A stretch of DNA of 64,000 bases from an uncultured Gammaproteobacteria bacterium (GTDB lineage: Bacteria; Pseudomonadota; Gammaproteobacteria; Poriferisulfidales; GCA-002705445), in the NCBI GenBank assembly GCA_913050095.1, contig CAJXAV010000003.1, forward strand, positions 577 to 64,576, given 5' to 3'. The translations under genes and the position numbers were made by a program. Position 1 is the first letter of the stretch. Every line of letters begins with the position of its first letter. Positions 43,815 through 56,926 of the stretch are shown piece by piece. The notes under the pieces are model-generated. The model made no database searches and had not been told where the DNA came from. It was given only the letters and a program-made list of their open reading frames with translations.

Positions 43815-45731
43815 CTAGTGAGAATTTGCTGTATCAGTAAATCCTGAGTTTTTAACTTGTTCCTGGCTTGATGTTTTTTTGTCATTATCATCATTATCGT
43901 CATCCCATCCTTTTGGTGGGCGAGGTTTAACTCCAGACATAATATCATCAATTTGGTCTTTATCTATAGTTTCGTACATTAATAATGCTTCTGACATTGC
44001 ATGTAACTTATCCATATTGTCATTTATCATCTTTGTAGCTGTATCATAGGATTTATTTATCAATTTTCTTACCTCAGAATCTATTTGTTTTGCAGTATCG
44101 TCTGACATTGTTTTATGTTGAGTCACAGAGTGACCAAGGAAAACTTCTCCGTCTTCATCAGAATATGACATTGGTCCCATTTTATCTGACAGGCCCCATT
44201 TTGTTACCATATTCTTGGCGATTTCAGTTGCTCTTTCAATATCACTTGAGGCTCCAGTTGTAACTTTATCTTTTCCAAAAATCAGTTCTTCCGCAATTCT
44301 TCCCCCATAAAGCGTGCATATCTGACTTTCAAGTCTTTGTTTTGTATTACTGTATCTGTCATCCTCAGGAAGAAACATTGTTACACCTAACGCTCTACCT
44401 CTTGGGATTATAGTAACTTTGTGAACTGGATCATGCTCTGGAACTAATCTACCAACAATAGCGTGCCCAGACTCATGGTACGCAGTAAGTTTTTTTTCGT
44501 CTTCACTCATTACCATTGATTTTCTCTCTGCACCCATCATTATTTTATCTTTGGCTTTCTCAAATTCCACCATAGATACTTTTGTATTATTACCTCTGGC
44601 AGAAAACAACGCAGCCTCATTTACTAAGTTTGCTAAATCTGCACCAGAAAATCCTGGTGTGCCTCTTGCGATTATTGATGGCACGACATCATCTGCTATA
44701 GGTACTTTTTTCATGTGAACTTTTAAAATTTGCTCTCTTCCTCTTATATCTGGAAGCGGTACTACAACTTGTCTGTCAAATCTTCCAGGTCTAAGTAATG
44801 CTGGGTCAAGAACATCAGGTCTGTTTGTAGCAGCGATAACAATCGTTCCTTCGTGACCCTCAAATCCATCCATTTCAACTAAAAGCTGGTTAAGAGTTTG
44901 CTCTCTTTCATCATGCCCACCGCCAACACCTGCGCCTCTATGCCTCCCAACAGCATCAATTTCATCAATAAAAATTATACAAGGAGCGTGTTTTGTGGCT
45001 TGTGCAAACATGTCACGAACTCTTGATGCTCCCACACCAACAAACATTTCAACAAAATCTGATCCTGATATTGTAAAGAATGGGACTTTGGCTTCGCCTG
45101 CAATAGCTCTCGCGAGTAAAGTTTTTCCTGTTCCAGGGGAACCAACCATTAAAACACCCTTAGGAATCTTACCGCCAAGTTTTTGGAACTTAGAAGGGTC
45201 TTTTAAAAATTCAACTAACTCTTCTACTTCTTCTTTTGCTTCCTCTACACCCGCAACATCAGCAAAGGTTACCTTGTTTTGATCCTCTGTCATCATCTTT
45301 GCTTTACTTTTCCCAAATGACATAGCACCTTTACCGCCGCCGCCGCCCTGCATTTGTCGCATGAAGAATAACCAGACACCAATCAATAACAACATTGGGA
45401 ACCATTGAATTAATATTTGTAAGAACAAAGATGGTTTTGCAGGTGGTTCTGTTAAAATTTCAATATTATTTGACAATAAATCATCGACTAACTTTGGATC
45501 ATTTAAACCGTATGTTAAAAAGTTAGTTCCATTTTTGTAAGTACCTGAAATTGTTTTCCCGTCCGCTTCTATAAGAACACTCTCAATTTGATTATCTTTT
45601 ACTTGGTTAATAAACTCAGAGTAAGAAAGATTTGTGGCGTTTTGTTTCTGAGGAATAAAGTTATTAAAGACAGACATAATTACAACTGCGATAACTATCC
45701 ATACAAGCATGTTTTTTAACATATCATTCAT
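43815..45731 (-). CDS. ftsH: ATP-dependent zinc metalloprotease FtsH
   Basis: Two transmembrane helices, [26 protein letters not shown]. Confidence 0.99.
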   Translation of the reverse strand: MNDMLKNMLVWIVIAVVIMSVFNNFIPQKQNATNLSYSEFINQVKDNQIESVLIEADGKTISGTYKNGTNFLTYGLNDPKLVDDLLSNNIEILTEPPAKPSLFLQILIQWFPMLLLIGVWLFFMRQMQGGGGGKGAMSFGKSKAKMMTEDQNKVTFADVAGVEEAKEEVEELVEFLKDPSKFQKLGGKIPKGVLMVGSPGTGKTLLARAIAGEAKVPFFTISGSDFVEMFVGVGASRVRDMFAQATKHAPCIIFIDEIDAVGRHRGAGVGGGHDEREQTLNQLLVEMDGFEGHEGTIVIAATNRPDVLDPALLRPGRFDRQVVVPLPDIRGREQILKVHMKKVPIADDVVPSIIARGTPGFSGADLANLVNEAALFSARGNNTKVSMVEFEKAKDKIMMGAERKSMVMSEDEKKLTAYHESGHAIVGRLVPEHDPVHKVTIIPRGRALGVTMFLPEDDRYSNTKQRLESQICTLYGGRIAEELIFGKDKVTTGASSDIERATEIAKNMVTKWGLSDKMGPMSYSDEDGEVFLGHSVTQHKTMSDDTAKQIDSEVRKLINKSYDTATKMINDNMDKLHAMSEALLMYETIDKDQIDDIMSGVKPRPPKGWDDDNDDNDKKTSSQEQVKNSGFTDTANSH

Positions 45732-45733
45732 AT

Positions 45734-46360
45734 TTATTGACCCTGCATTTTTGGTTTATTTTTTAAATTTGTAGCTAACATATATATTTCTCTACTATTT
45801 GATTTTGAGGCTTTTGGTTTTATCAATTTAACTTTCTCAAAATTACTTTTTACATCTTTTAAATAATCATCTGTGCCTTTGCCTTGAAATAGCTTTATTA
45901 GCAAGCTACCAGATTCTGACAAATTATTTATAGCAATATCAAAAACCATATCAGCTAAATTTAACATTGCTGGCAAATCTGCACTCTCTATACCACTTAT
46001 ATTAGGGGCAATATCTGACATTACAAGGTCAATTTTCTTAAAATTACCGTTTTTTTCTAGTTTTTCGGCAAAATCGCTAATATCTGATTGTACAAAATTT
46101 ACATTAGGTATTTTTTCCATATCAAGTAGGTCTACTGCCGTAATGTTAATATTTTTTAATTTTTGAGATGCATACTGACTCCAACCTCCAGGAGCGCACC
46201 CAAGGTCTAAAATATTTGAGTTTTCCCTAATTAAATTATACTTTTCGTCAATTTCTTTTAACTTAAAAACTGCTCTTGATCTCCAATTCTCTTTATTAGC
46301 TAGCTTTACAAACTCATCATTAATATGTGATTTATACCATTTTGAAGACTTCTTACCCAT
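45734..46360 (-). CDS. rlmE: 23S rRNA Um2552 2'-O-methyltransferase
   Basis: [35 protein letters not shown]. Confidence 0.96.
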   Translation of the reverse strand: MGKKSSKWYKSHINDEFVKLANKENWRSRAVFKLKEIDEKYNLIRENSNILDLGCAPGGWSQYASQKLKNINITAVDLLDMEKIPNVNFVQSDISDFAEKLEKNGNFKKIDLVMSDIAPNISGIESADLPAMLNLADMVFDIAINNLSESGSLLIKLFQGKGTDDYLKDVKSNFEKVKLIKPKASKSNSREIYMLATNLKNKPKMQGQ

Positions 46361-46826
46361 AGAATATTTCTAATATTTCAAACTCTTTTTCACCGCTTGG
46401 AGTACCTACAGTAACAACATCTCCCTTTTCTTTTCCTATTAACGATCTGGCTATTGGGGAGTTAATCGATATCAAACCTTCTTTTATATCAGCCTCATCG
46501 TCTCCTACAATAGAATAAATTAATTCTGATTCTTTTTCAAAGTCATAGAGCTCAACTTTTGCACTAAAGACAACTTTATTTGATGTAATTTTTTGTGGAT
46601 CTACGATTTCTGCATTTGATAGTTTTAACTTAATATCTTTTATTCTTCCTTCGACAAAACTCTGCTGTTCTCTAGCAGCATGATATTCAGCATTTTCTTT
46701 TAAATCACCGTGTTCTCTTGCTACTGAGATAGCTTCAATAATTTTTGGGCGTTCAACATTAGTAAGATTGTCTAGCTCCTTACGTAATTTTTTTTCACCA
46801 TTTTTTGTAATTGGAAATTTATCCAT
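46353..46826 (-). CDS. greA: Transcription elongation factor GreA
   Basis: [28 protein letters not shown]. Confidence 0.98.
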   Translation of the reverse strand: MDKFPITKNGEKKLRKELDNLTNVERPKIIEAISVAREHGDLKENAEYHAAREQQSFVEGRIKDIKLKLSNAEIVDPQKITSNKVVFSAKVELYDFEKESELIYSIVGDDEADIKEGLISINSPIARSLIGKEKGDVVTVGTPSGEKEFEILEIFYG

Positions 46827-46853
46827 ACATTAATTATGAAGATGATAAAGTTT

Positions 46854-49800
46854 TTAAGCAAGTTTAAAAATGTCTTGAAGCTTATAAACATCTAGATTTT
46901 TACTATAAGATATAGCCCCTACTAATGCATTAGCACCAGCAACAGTAGTTGTGTAACAAACCTTGTATTGCAAAGCTTCTCTTCTAATTAGATATGAGTC
47001 TTTTATAGCTTGCTTAGATTGAGTAGTATTTATAATTAAATTGATTTCATTATTTTTAATCATGTCGACTATATGTGTTCTTCCTTCCCTTACTTTATTT
47101 ACTCTTTCGCAATCGATATTATTATTATTTAAAAAACTTTGTGTGCCATTTGTTGCTACTAAGTTAAAACCAAGTTTTAAAAGTTTTTTTGCAACTTCTA
47201 TAATATATTTTTTATCTTCATCTTTCACACTTATGAAAGCTGAACCATTTTCTGGAATTTCCACATTAGTTGCAATTTGTGATTTAGCGAACGCCTCACC
47301 GAAATTTTTCCCAATACCCATAACTTCTCCCGTAGATTTCATCTCAGGTCCTAATATGGGGTCAACGCCTGGGAATTTCAAAAAAGGGAATACAACTTCT
47401 TTAACATAGCAAAAATCATGTTTAACTTCGTTTGGAAGTTTTTGTTCTTTTATACTGATTCCAAGCATGCATTTTGCAGCTATTTTTGCCACTGATATTC
47501 CTATTGATTTTGAAACAAATGGTATAGTTCTTGACGCTCTAGGATTAACTTCTATAACAAATATTTTATTATCTTTTATTGCAAATTGGACGTTCATCAA
47601 ACCTTTTACATCTAACTCATTTGCCATTTTTATTGTATTTTGTTTTATTGAATCAATTTGCGATTCGTTAATTGAGTAAGTTGGTATCGCGCATGCCGAG
47701 TCTCCAGAATGTACGCCAGCTTCTTCAATATGTTGCATTATTCCTGCTATAAAAACATTTCCCTCAAGATCTCTAACCGCATCAACATCTATCTCAATAG
47801 CTTCATTTAAAAATTTATCAATTAAAACAGGTGCATCATTAGATACTTTTACTGCTTCGTTAATATATTTCTCAAGTTCCTCAGAATCATATATTACTTC
47901 CATAGCTCTTCCACCTAATACATAAGAAGGCCTAACAATAATAGGGTATCCTATTTTTTCTGCTTCTTGAATTGCTTGTTTTTTATTTCTCGCAGTGCTA
48001 TTTGCAGGTTGCAGAACATTAATTTTTTTCAGAATATCTTTAAATTTTTCTCTATCTTCAGCAGCGTCAATAGATTTCGATGAGGTGCCGATGACAGGCA
48101 CGCCAAATTTTGCCAAATCATTAACTAATTTTAAAGGAGTTTGTCCTCCATACTGAACAATCACTCCATCAGGCTGTTCAATTTCAACAATATTCAAAAC
48201 ACTTTCAAGTGTTATTGGTTCAAAGTAAAGTCGGTCAGACGTGTCATAGTCAGTTGATACAGTTTCTGGATTACAGTTTATCATTATTGTTTCATAACCG
48301 AGTTCTTGAGCAGCTTTTGAAGCATGAACGCAACAGTAATCAAATTCTATCCCTTGCCCAATTCTATTGGGGCCGCTACCAATGACAATTATTTTTTTAT
48401 TTTTTGTTGGTAGAGACTCGCAATATTTTTCGTATGTTGAATATAGATACGAAGTTGAAGTTGGAAATTCTGCAGCGCAAGTATCAACTCTTTTGTAAAC
48501 AGGTCTTATGCTGTTATCTTCTCTTTTTTTTCTAATATCATGTTGGCTAACATCTATTAAATTTGCAATTTTAATATCTGAGAAACCTTTTTTCTTATAA
48601 AACAAAAGCTCATCATATGTAATATTGTTTATCTTTTTTAAAGATATCTCTTTTTCTATTTCAACCAAATGTAATATCTGCTCTAAAAACCAAGGATCTA
48701 TACTAGATATTTCATGAACCTTTTCAACTGAATATCCTTTTCTGAATGCTTTAGCAACAAACAAAATTCTACTAGGACCTGGTTCTTTTAACTCATACTC
48801 GAAATTAAAATCATCTAAATAATTGAAATCCTCAATCTCATCAAGACCATATATATCTAATTCTAAACTTGATAATGCTTTTTGAAGAGATTCTTGAAAA
48901 TTTCTCCCGATAGACATTACTTCACCAACAGATTTCATTTGTGTTGTTAATCTATCGTTTGCGTTAGGAAACTTTTCAAAGGCAAATCTCGGTATTTTTG
49001 TGACTACATAATCTATAGTTGGCTCAAATGAAGCTGGAGTTGCTCCACCTGTTATTTCATTTTTTAATTCGTCTAAAGAATATCCAATTGCTAGTTTCGC
49101 AGCTATTTTTGCTATTGGAAAGCCTGTTGCTTTTGAAGCTAATGCGGAAGACCTTGAGACTCTTGGATTCATTTCAATAACAACTAGCTTTCCATTGTCA
49201 GGATTAACTGCAAACTGAACATTTGATCCTCCTGTGTCTACACCTATCTTCCTTAAGATTGCTATAGAAGCATTTCTCATTATTTGATATTCCTTGTCAG
49301 TTAATGTTTGCGCTGGAGCAACTGTTATAGAATCTCCTGTGTGAACACCCATTGGGTCAAAATTTTCAATCGAGCATATAATTATACAATTATCATTTGA
49401 ATCTCTTACTACTTCCATTTCATATTCTTTCCAGCCAAGTAATGATTCCTCCAAAAGGATTTCTGTTGTTGGCGAAATATCTAAACCTCTTGTTGAAATT
49501 TCTATAAATTCTTCCAAATTATAAGCTATGCCACCCCCGCTTCCTCCTAATGTAAAGGAAGGCCTAATAATTACGGGAAAACCTATTTGCTTTTGTTTTT
49601 CTAGCGCTTCATTTATGTTGTGAACTATATATGATTTTGCTGAATCTAATCCAATCTCTTTCATGGCATCTTTAAATTGAGATCTATCTTCTGCCAGATC
49701 AATTGCCTCTTTAGAAGCGCCAATCATTTCGACATTATATTTTTTTAGAATACCCAACCTATCTAAATCTAATGCACAATTTAATGCCGTTTGCCCGCCC

Positions 49801-50069
49801 ATTGTTGGTAAAATTGCATCGGGTTTTTCTATTTTTATAATTTTTTCAACTATATTATGATTTATAGGCTCAATATAAGTTGCGTCAGCCATCTCCGGAT
49901 CAGTCATAATAGTTGCAACATTCGAATTTACTAAAACAACAGAATAACCCTCTTCTTTTAAAGCTTTACAGGCCTGTACTCCTGAATAATCAAACTCACA
50001 TGCTTGGCCAATAACAATTGGACCAGCTCCTAGTATCAAAATCTTTTTTATATCACTTCTTTTTGGCAT
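46854..50069 (-). CDS. carB: Carbamoyl-phosphate synthase large subunit
   Basis: [15 protein letters not shown], duplicated ATP-grasp domains, [18 protein letters not shown] domain. Confidence 0.99.
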   Translation of the reverse strand: MPKRSDIKKILILGAGPIVIGQACEFDYSGVQACKALKEEGYSVVLVNSNVATIMTDPEMADATYIEPINHNIVEKIIKIEKPDAILPTMGGQTALNCALDLDRLGILKKYNVEMIGASKEAIDLAEDRSQFKDAMKEIGLDSAKSYIVHNINEALEKQKQIGFPVIIRPSFTLGGSGGGIAYNLEEFIEISTRGLDISPTTEILLEESLLGWKEYEMEVVRDSNDNCIIICSIENFDPMGVHTGDSITVAPAQTLTDKEYQIMRNASIAILRKIGVDTGGSNVQFAVNPDNGKLVVIEMNPRVSRSSALASKATGFPIAKIAAKLAIGYSLDELKNEITGGATPASFEPTIDYVVTKIPRFAFEKFPNANDRLTTQMKSVGEVMSIGRNFQESLQKALSSLELDIYGLDEIEDFNYLDDFNFEYELKEPGPSRILFVAKAFRKGYSVEKVHEISSIDPWFLEQILHLVEIEKEISLKKINNITYDELLFYKKKGFSDIKIANLIDVSQHDIRKKREDNSIRPVYKRVDTCAAEFPTSTSYLYSTYEKYCESLPTKNKKIIVIGSGPNRIGQGIEFDYCCVHASKAAQELGYETIMINCNPETVSTDYDTSDRLYFEPITLESVLNIVEIEQPDGVIVQYGGQTPLKLVNDLAKFGVPVIGTSSKSIDAAEDREKFKDILKKINVLQPANSTARNKKQAIQEAEKIGYPIIVRPSYVLGGRAMEVIYDSEELEKYINEAVKVSNDAPVLIDKFLNEAIEIDVDAVRDLEGNVFIAGIMQHIEEAGVHSGDSACAIPTYSINESQIDSIKQNTIKMANELDVKGLMNVQFAIKDNKIFVIEVNPRASRTIPFVSKSIGISVAKIAAKCMLGISIKEQKLPNEVKHDFCYVKEVVFPFLKFPGVDPILGPEMKSTGEVMGIGKNFGEAFAKSQIATNVEIPENGSAFISVKDEDKKYIIEVAKKLLKLGFNLVATNGTQSFLNNNNIDCERVNKVREGRTHIVDMIKNNEINLIINTTQSKQAIKDSYLIRREALQYKVCYTTTVAGANALVGAISYSKNLDVYKLQDIFKLA

Positions 50070-51186
50070 TTGTACTTTTTTTCATTGAGTTAATAAAATC
50101 TTTAAACAAGTAGTTGATGTCTTGTGGCCCCGGGCATGCTTCAGGGTGCCCCTGAAAACTAAATATTGGTAATTTTTTATGTCTAATTCCTTGAATAGTT
50201 TCATCAAATAATGATCTATGTGTTACCTCGAATGTGTTTGGCAATGTCGCTTCATCGACAACAAATCCATGGTTTTGACTTGTTATCATTACCTTTCCTG
50301 TTTTTATATCTAAAACCGGGTGGTTTGCACCATGGTGACCATATTTCATTTTTTTTGTTTTCGCGCCAGAAGCTAAAGAAACTAGTTGGTGTCCCAAACA
50401 TATACCAAAAATTGGTATATTGTATTCAAAAAATTCTCTGATGGATTGAATAGCAAATTCACATGGTTCAGGGTCGCCGGGACCATTAGACAAAAAGATG
50501 CCGTCTGGCTTTAAAGATAATATCTCTTTAGTTGGTGTTTTTGCAGGTACCACCTGTACTTCGCAATTCATAGAGTTTAAAATTCGTAAAATGTTCTTTT
50601 TAACACCAAAATCAAATGCAATAACCTTTAATTTTTTATCTTCCTGAATGTTGTCATGATTAAATTGAAAAATTTTTTCATCAAATAAATATTTTTCTTT
50701 AGCGGAAACTTCTGTCGCGAGTTCTGACCCTTCGATACCTTTATAACTTTCTAATTCTTTTTTTGCTTTTTCAATATTTTTTTCATCATGAATAATACAC
50801 GCATTCATAGCCCCTTTACTTCTTATCAAAGATGCTATGTGTCTTGTATCTAATTCTGCAATACAAACTATTTTTTTGTTTTTTAAATAATCTACAAAAT
50901 CTAATTCGGATCTCCAGTTAGAAGGTTTTGTTGGTAACTCACTTAGTACAAGACCGCTTACGTATGAAGCATTTGATTCTTGATCCTCATAATTAATTCC
51001 TACATTTCCAATGTGTGGGTACGTAAATGTTATAATTTGGTTTTTATATGAAGGATCAGAAATGACTTCTTGATAACCAGTCATCGCAGTATTAAAAACT
51101 ATTTCACCAAAAGAATCTGCTTTATATCCTACTGACTTACCGTAAAAGATTTTTTCATTTTCTAAGATTAATATTGCTTGTTGCAA
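50053..51186 (-). CDS. carA: Carbamoyl-phosphate synthase small subunit
   Basis: [33 protein letters not shown]. Confidence 0.99.
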   Translation of the reverse strand: MQQAILILENEKIFYGKSVGYKADSFGEIVFNTAMTGYQEVISDPSYKNQIITFTYPHIGNVGINYEDQESNASYVSGLVLSELPTKPSNWRSELDFVDYLKNKKIVCIAELDTRHIASLIRSKGAMNACIIHDEKNIEKAKKELESYKGIEGSELATEVSAKEKYLFDEKIFQFNHDNIQEDKKLKVIAFDFGVKKNILRILNSMNCEVQVVPAKTPTKEILSLKPDGIFLSNGPGDPEPCEFAIQSIREFFEYNIPIFGICLGHQLVSLASGAKTKKMKYGHHGANHPVLDIKTGKVMITSQNHGFVVDEATLPNTFEVTHRSLFDETIQGIRHKKLPIFSFQGHPEACPGPQDINYLFKDFINSMKKSTNAKKK

Positions 51187-51225
51187 AAGTATTTCCTATT
51201 CTCATTTTATTATATTTACGCAGCT

Positions 51226-51960
51226 CTATAAAGAAAGTGCGTCACTCATTGTATATAAACCTTTATCTTTATCCGAGAGCCATTTCAATGCTAATACTGC
51301 ACCCTCTGCAAAAATTTTTCTATCAAAGCTTTTGTGATTAATTTCAATAGATTCATTATCTAGTGTAAATTTAACCATATGATCACCCACAACATTTCCA
51401 ACTCGTAAACAATGATGATTGATGTCTTTTTTCGAGGTCATGTTATTTTTTATAGCATCCTCAAATGCTAAAGATGTTCCTGATGGCATATCTACTTTGT
51501 GTTTATGATGGTGTTCTATTATATCTATATCAGAAACATTTCCAATTGATGATGAAACTTTTTCCACAAGTTTTAAACATAAATTTATACCAATACTCAT
51601 ATTAGAGGCCTTGAGAATACTTATTTTCTTACTGGCTGAATGAATTTTTGAAATTTGATCTTCTGAAAATCCAGTTGTTCCAATAACTAATTTTTTATTT
51701 TGTTTAACGCATTCATTAAGTATATCCATACAATATGCAGGTCTTGTAAAATCAACACAGACATCACACCTAGAAATTGCTTCATTCAAATCAGAGGTAA
51801 TTATTTCTTTATCTATATTTGGATTAGATTTATTTAACTTAGACAAATCTCTAGCAATACCTGAAGATAGTCTTATATTAGTATTATCTAATAGGACTAA
51901 CCTTGCTATCTCCATTCCCATTTTTCCTGTAATTCCAGGTACGCAGACGCTAATAGACAT
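51226..51960 (-). CDS. dapB: 4-hydroxy-tetrahydrodipicolinate reductase
   Basis: GITGKMG, DFT.P, VIGTTG, EHHHKHKVDMPSGT, FAEGA. Confidence 0.97.
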   Translation of the reverse strand: MSISVCVPGITGKMGMEIARLVLLDNTNIRLSSGIARDLSKLNKSNPNIDKEIITSDLNEAISRCDVCVDFTRPAYCMDILNECVKQNKKLVIGTTGFSEDQISKIHSASKKISILKASNMSIGINLCLKLVEKVSSSIGNVSDIDIIEHHHKHKVDMPSGTSLAFEDAIKNNMTSKKDINHHCLRVGNVVGDHMVKFTLDNESIEINHKSFDRKIFAEGAVLALKWLSDKDKGLYTMSDALSL

Positions 51961-52030
51961 TGTATTTTTTATGATTATTAAAATTACATTATATTAACAT
52001 AGACTTTGAAAAGGACTAAAAGAAAAATTT

Positions 52031-53137
52031 CTATTTGAAGAAATTTTTTAGTCCATCTATCCAAGATTCTGACTTTGGACTGTGTTTTTTCTTACTATTT
52101 TTTAATTTACTATCAAATTCCATTAATATATTTTTTTGTTCATCTGATAGATTTACAGGAGTCTCAATTTGTACTGAACACATTAGGTCTCCAATGTTTC
52201 CACCTCTTACAGACTTTATTCCTTTTCCTTTTAATCTAAAATATTTACCTGTTTGTGTTCCTGGAGGAATGTCGATTGAAACTTTTTTACTAGTTAAGGT
52301 TGGTATCTCAATTTCAGCGCCAAGAGTAGCTTCCGCAAATGATAATGGAACCTCGCAATAAATATTACTGCCATCTCTTTTAAAAATTGCGTGTTTGTAT
52401 AAATTTATTCTTATAAAAAGATCGCCTGGCGGCCCTTGATTTATACCAGCTTCACCTTTGCCTGCTAGCCTAACTCTGTCTCCGCTGTCAACGCCTGCTG
52501 GGACTGATACCGATATATCTTTATCGATATTTATAGCGCCACTTCCATAACATTTTGAACAAGGATCAGATATTACTTTTCCCTTGCCAGCACACGTAGG
52601 GCAGGTTTGTTGCACAGTAAAGAATCCTTGTTGAGCTCTAACTTGCCCGACTCCATTACACATACTACATGAGATTGGCTTAGAACCAGATTTTGCGCCG
52701 GAACCGTTACAACTATCACAAGTATCTTTAGTTCGAATTTTTAAATTTTTATCTACACCGAAAGCAGCTTCTTCAAGAGTAAGTTTTAATTCATACTCTA
52801 AATCAGCGCCTTTATATCTTTGAGCAGAATTCCTTGATTGGCCTCCGCCAAATATGTCTCCAAATATGTCTTCAAAAACATCTCCAAATCCTGAGGTATT
52901 AAAACCACCGCCAGGTCCGCCACCAAAGTCTGTAGTACCATATTGATCATACATTGATTTTTTTTGTGGGTCAGAAAGAACATCGTAAGCTTCTTTAGCT
53001 TCTTTAAATTTTTTTTCGGCCGATTTATCATTACCAGTACGATCAGGATGATATTTCATAGCTTTCTTTTTGAAAGCTTTTTTAATATCATTTCCTGACG
53101 CACTTTTATTGAGACCTAAAACCTCATAATAATCCAT
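52031..53137 (-). CDS. dnaJ: Chaperone DnaJ
   Basis: J domain with HPD, G/F-rich region, four CxxCxGxG repeats. Confidence 0.99.
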   Translation of the reverse strand: MDYYEVLGLNKSASGNDIKKAFKKKAMKYHPDRTGNDKSAEKKFKEAKEAYDVLSDPQKKSMYDQYGTTDFGGGPGGGFNTSGFGDVFEDIFGDIFGGGQSRNSAQRYKGADLEYELKLTLEEAAFGVDKNLKIRTKDTCDSCNGSGAKSGSKPISCSMCNGVGQVRAQQGFFTVQQTCPTCAGKGKVISDPCSKCYGSGAINIDKDISVSVPAGVDSGDRVRLAGKGEAGINQGPPGDLFIRINLYKHAIFKRDGSNIYCEVPLSFAEATLGAEIEIPTLTSKKVSIDIPPGTQTGKYFRLKGKGIKSVRGGNIGDLMCSVQIETPVNLSDEQKNILMEFDSKLKNSKKKHSPKSESWIDGLKNFFK

Positions 53138-53159
53138 TTTTAATTAATACTGCCTTTAA

Positions 53160-55091
53160 TTATTTTTTGTCATCATTAACTTCTTTGTATTCTGCATCTA
53201 CAACATCTGATTCGTTAGCTGAATCAGCATTTGCTTCACCTTCAGGGGAACTTTCACTCTGTTGCGCCTTTGCAGCTTGCTCAGCATACATCATTTCAGC
53301 CATTTTTGCAGAAGCTTCAGAAAGTTCTTTTATTGAATTTTCAATTAAGTCTTTGTCTTCAGATTTCAAAGCTTCGACAAGCGCTTCATTCTTTTCTTTG
53401 ATATTTTTTTGATCATCTTCTGTAACTTTATCTCCAAGCTCTTCTAATGATTTATTTGTAGCATGAACTAGGGCGTCACCTTGATTTTTTAATGTTACAA
53501 GCTCTTGGAATTTTTTATCTTCTTCAGCATGTAGCTCGGCATCCTTAACCATTTTTTCTATTTCTTCATCTGACAAGCCGCTTGAAGACTTAATAATGAT
53601 TGATTGTTCTTTATTTGTCGCCTTATCTTTTGCAGAAACATTTAAAATTCCATTTGCATCAATATCAAATGTTACTTCAATTTGCGGCATACCTCTTGGT
53701 GCTGGAGGAATATCTGAAAGATTAAATTGCCCTAATGACTTATTTCCAGATGCCATATCTCTTTCTCCTTGAAGAACATGGACTGTAACGGCTGTTTGAT
53801 TATCTTCTGCAGTGGAAAATGTTTGGTTTTGTTTTGTTGGTATTGTTGAGTTTTTTTCGATGAGTTTAGTCATTACTCCACCCATAGTTTCTATTCCTAG
53901 AGAAAGCGGTGTTACATCTAATAACAATACATCTGTAACGTCACCTGCCAAAACTCCACCTTGTATCGCTGCGCCAGCAGCCACTGCTTCATCAGGGTTT
54001 ACATCTTTTCTTGGTTCTTTTTCAAAATATTCTTTTACAATTTTTTGAACTAAAGGCATTCTTGTTTGGCCACCAACTAAAATAACATCGTTTATGTCAC
54101 TTTTTGATAGCTTCGCATCTTTAAGGGCTATCTCACAAGGCTTTAGAGTTCTTTTAACCAAATCTTCGACCATAGATTCAAATAAAGCTCTAGTAATTTT
54201 AATATTTAAATGTTTCGGGCCACTTGCATCAGCTGTTATATATGGAATATTTATATCAGCTTGCTGTCCATTTGATAATTCTATTTTTGCCTTCTCGGCG
54301 GCATCTTTTAATCTTTGCAATGCTAACGGATCTGATCTTAAATCAAAACTTTGTTCTTTTTTGAATTCTTCAACAATATGATCTATTAATTTTGAATCAA
54401 AGTCCTCACCACCAAGCTGAGTGTCACCATTAGTTGACAATACTTCAATTTGATTTTCACCATCAATATCTGATATATCAATAATAGAGACGTCAAATGT
54501 TCCGCCACCAAGATCATAAACAGCTATTTTTTTATCGCCCTTCTTTTGATCAAGTCCGTAAGCAACTGCTGCTGCTGTTGGCTCATTGATTATTCTTTGA
54601 ACATTTAGTCCGGCAATTTTCCCAGCATCCTTAGTAGCTTGTCTTTGAGAATCATTGAAATAAGCAGGAACTGTAATTACAGCATCTGTTACCTCAGTAC
54701 CTAAATACTCTTCAGCAGTTTTTTTCATTTTCATTAAAACTTTTGCAGATATTTCTGGCAAAGCCATTTTCTTATCATCGATTTTTATCCATACATCCCC
54801 ATTATCTGCCTCAACAATATTATAAGGAAGAATAGATTTATCTTTTTGCACCTCTTTGTCAGCAAACTTTCTACCAATAAATCTTTTAACGGCGTAAACA
54901 GTTTTCTCAGGATTTGTTACTGATTGTCTTTTTGCAGACTGACCCACAAGAGTTTCTGCATCTGTAAAAGCGACAACAGAAGGTGTAGTTCTATCACCTT
55001 CACTGTTTTCAATAATTTTAGGTCGATCGCCTTCCATTACTGAAACGCATGAATTTGTTGTGCCTAAGTCTATACCTATAATTTTTCCCAT
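53160..55091 (-). CDS. dnaK: Chaperone DnaK
   Basis: [26 protein letters not shown]-terminal VVDAEYKEV. Confidence 0.99.
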   Translation of the reverse strand: MGKIIGIDLGTTNSCVSVMEGDRPKIIENSEGDRTTPSVVAFTDAETLVGQSAKRQSVTNPEKTVYAVKRFIGRKFADKEVQKDKSILPYNIVEADNGDVWIKIDDKKMALPEISAKVLMKMKKTAEEYLGTEVTDAVITVPAYFNDSQRQATKDAGKIAGLNVQRIINEPTAAAVAYGLDQKKGDKKIAVYDLGGGTFDVSIIDISDIDGENQIEVLSTNGDTQLGGEDFDSKLIDHIVEEFKKEQSFDLRSDPLALQRLKDAAEKAKIELSNGQQADINIPYITADASGPKHLNIKITRALFESMVEDLVKRTLKPCEIALKDAKLSKSDINDVILVGGQTRMPLVQKIVKEYFEKEPRKDVNPDEAVAAGAAIQGGVLAGDVTDVLLLDVTPLSLGIETMGGVMTKLIEKNSTIPTKQNQTFSTAEDNQTAVTVHVLQGERDMASGNKSLGQFNLSDIPPAPRGMPQIEVTFDIDANGILNVSAKDKATNKEQSIIIKSSSGLSDEEIEKMVKDAELHAEEDKKFQELVTLKNQGDALVHATNKSLEELGDKVTEDDQKNIKEKNEALVEALKSEDKDLIENSIKELSEASAKMAEMMYAEQAAKAQQSESSPEGEANADSANESDVVDAEYKEVNDDKK

Positions 55092-55133
55092 TTTTAACCT
55101 CTGTAATATGTTTAAATCATCATTAAATTATAT

Positions 55134-55159
55134 ATATGGACAAAATCTAATAATTCAAG
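55134..55159 (-). promoter_or_regulatory. sigma32 (RpoH)-type heat-shock promoter of dnaK
   Basis: Minus strand CTTGAA-N13-TCCATAT, close to the CTTGAA-N13/14-CCCATNT consensus. Confidence 0.75.
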
Positions 55160-55162
55160 GAA

Positions 55163-55738
55163 TTATTGACTTTTTTTTGAAACAATTACTAAAGCTGGAC
55201 GTAAAAGTTTTGATTTTAGCTTATAACCTTTTTGCATTACCTCAATAACAGTATTTTCTAGTGATTCTGATTCCTTTGTAGCTAAAGCCTGGTGAAAATC
55301 AGGGTTAAAAGATTCATTAATTGGATTTATTTCTTCAATATTGAGCTTATCAAATATTTCTTGAGTAGTTTTTAACAATAAATTGTTACCTTCCACAAGG
55401 CTTTCTACTTTTAAATTGGGTTCACCAGATATCTTTTCGGCTGCTTCTAGGCTATCCATAATAACCAGCAATTCAGATGATAGTTTTTCAGTTGAATATA
55501 ATTGGGCTTGCTGAATCTCTTTTGCGGTTCTTTTTTTATAATTATCAAGCTCGGCTACTGACCTTAAAAGCATATCGTTAAGTTTTGTTATTTCTTCTTC
55601 AGGAGAAATTTTTTCATTTTTTGTACTATCTTCATTATTATTTTCTTTGATTTCTAAATCTTCTTCACTGGAATTAACTTCATTATTTTCCTGAGAATTA
55701 TTATCTTTTTCAGATACATCATTTTTTTCTTTTTTCAT
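55163..55738 (-). CDS. grpE: Nucleotide exchange factor GrpE
   Basis: LRSVAELDNYKKR, FNPDFHQA, QKGY.L..KLLRPALV. Confidence 0.97.
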   Translation of the reverse strand: MKKEKNDVSEKDNNSQENNEVNSSEEDLEIKENNNEDSTKNEKISPEEEITKLNDMLLRSVAELDNYKKRTAKEIQQAQLYSTEKLSSELLVIMDSLEAAEKISGEPNLKVESLVEGNNLLLKTTQEIFDKLNIEEINPINESFNPDFHQALATKESESLENTVIEVMQKGYKLKSKLLRPALVIVSKKSQ

Positions 55739-55772
55739 TTGAATCCTAAGTAAATTTATAGACAGTTTGTAT

Positions 55773-55798
55773 ATATGGTTTAATCTGGATATTTCAAG
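55773..55798 (-). promoter_or_regulatory. sigma32 (RpoH)-type heat-shock promoter of grpE, overlapping the hrcA 3' end
   Basis: Minus strand CTTGAA-N13-ACCATAT, same spacing as the dnaK element. Confidence 0.7.
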
Positions 55799-56823
55799 GC
55801 TTCAGTTAATAATTTTGCTGTTATATCAACAATTGGTATAACCCTGTCGTAAGCCATTCTTTTGGGGCCAATAACACCTAATACTCCAACAACATCATTA
55901 TCAAATTTATATGGAGCACTAACGACGCTACAGTCGTCTAAAACATTATAGCCTGATTCTGCGCCAATAAATATTTTTACACCGTTTGAAGAGATGCTTT
56001 TATCTAACAAATGTAAAATATTATTTTTTTCACTAAAAGCTTCAAATAAAGTTTTTAATTTTTCAATGTCAGATAATTCTTTACAATTCATCAATCTAGT
56101 TTGACCACTAACAAGCAAATCATCATTTTTCTGTGTTTCATTAGAATCTAAAAAAAGTTTTTTACCAAATGTTATTGCAGAAGACATAATATTATTCATA
56201 TCTTTCCTCATGTCATCAAGCTCATTTAATAATATTTTTCTAATATGATGAATAGATTGACCAGATATAATAGTATTTAAATAATTTGCAGCCTCCTGTA
56301 ATTCGGATGATGAATAATTTTTATCTAAATTAATAATTTTGTTTTCAACATCATTATTTTTATTTATTAATATGGCTAAAATTTTATTATCACTTAAAGT
56401 TAAAAAGTCTATTTGCTTTAATTCCATATTCTTTTGGGTTGGAAGTGAAATTAAACCAGTTAAACCAGTAATATTTGACAAGATCTCGTTCGTATTTTTT
56501 ACCATGTTTTTTCTTTCTACATCTTGATTGAGATTTAACTTCAGTTTTTTTATCAAATGATTATTTACTGGCTGGACTTTAATCATTTTATCTACAAACA
56601 TTCGATATGCTAATTCTGTTGGCACTCTTCCTGCAGATTTGTGCGGAGAATAAATATAGCCCAAGTCTTCCAAATCAACAAAAACATTTCTGATTGTGGC
56701 AGAGCTCACACCTATATCTGATGCTTTTGAAAGCTTAGTTGATCCTACAGGCTGGCCATCAGAAATAAAGCTCTCAACTAAAGCTTTTAAAAGTAACTCT
56801 TGTCTTTTGCTTAAACTTTCCAT
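55780..56823 (-). CDS. hrcA: Heat-inducible transcription repressor HrcA
   Basis: GQPVGS, SSATIRN, PHKSAGRVPT, GVLGVIGPKRMAY. Confidence 0.97.
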   Translation of the reverse strand: MESLSKRQELLLKALVESFISDGQPVGSTKLSKASDIGVSSATIRNVFVDLEDLGYIYSPHKSAGRVPTELAYRMFVDKMIKVQPVNNHLIKKLKLNLNQDVERKNMVKNTNEILSNITGLTGLISLPTQKNMELKQIDFLTLSDNKILAILINKNNDVENKIINLDKNYSSSELQEAANYLNTIISGQSIHHIRKILLNELDDMRKDMNNIMSSAITFGKKLFLDSNETQKNDDLLVSGQTRLMNCKELSDIEKLKTLFEAFSEKNNILHLLDKSISSNGVKIFIGAESGYNVLDDCSVVSAPYKFDNDVVGVLGVIGPKRMAYDRVIPIVDITAKLLTEALKYPD

Positions 56824-56926
56824 AAATATTTAAATTTATAACTTTTATTTGTAATAATATAATATTATGAAATATATTATAATACTTATATTATGATGAT
56901 ATAAGTACAAAGGGGGACTTATTTCA

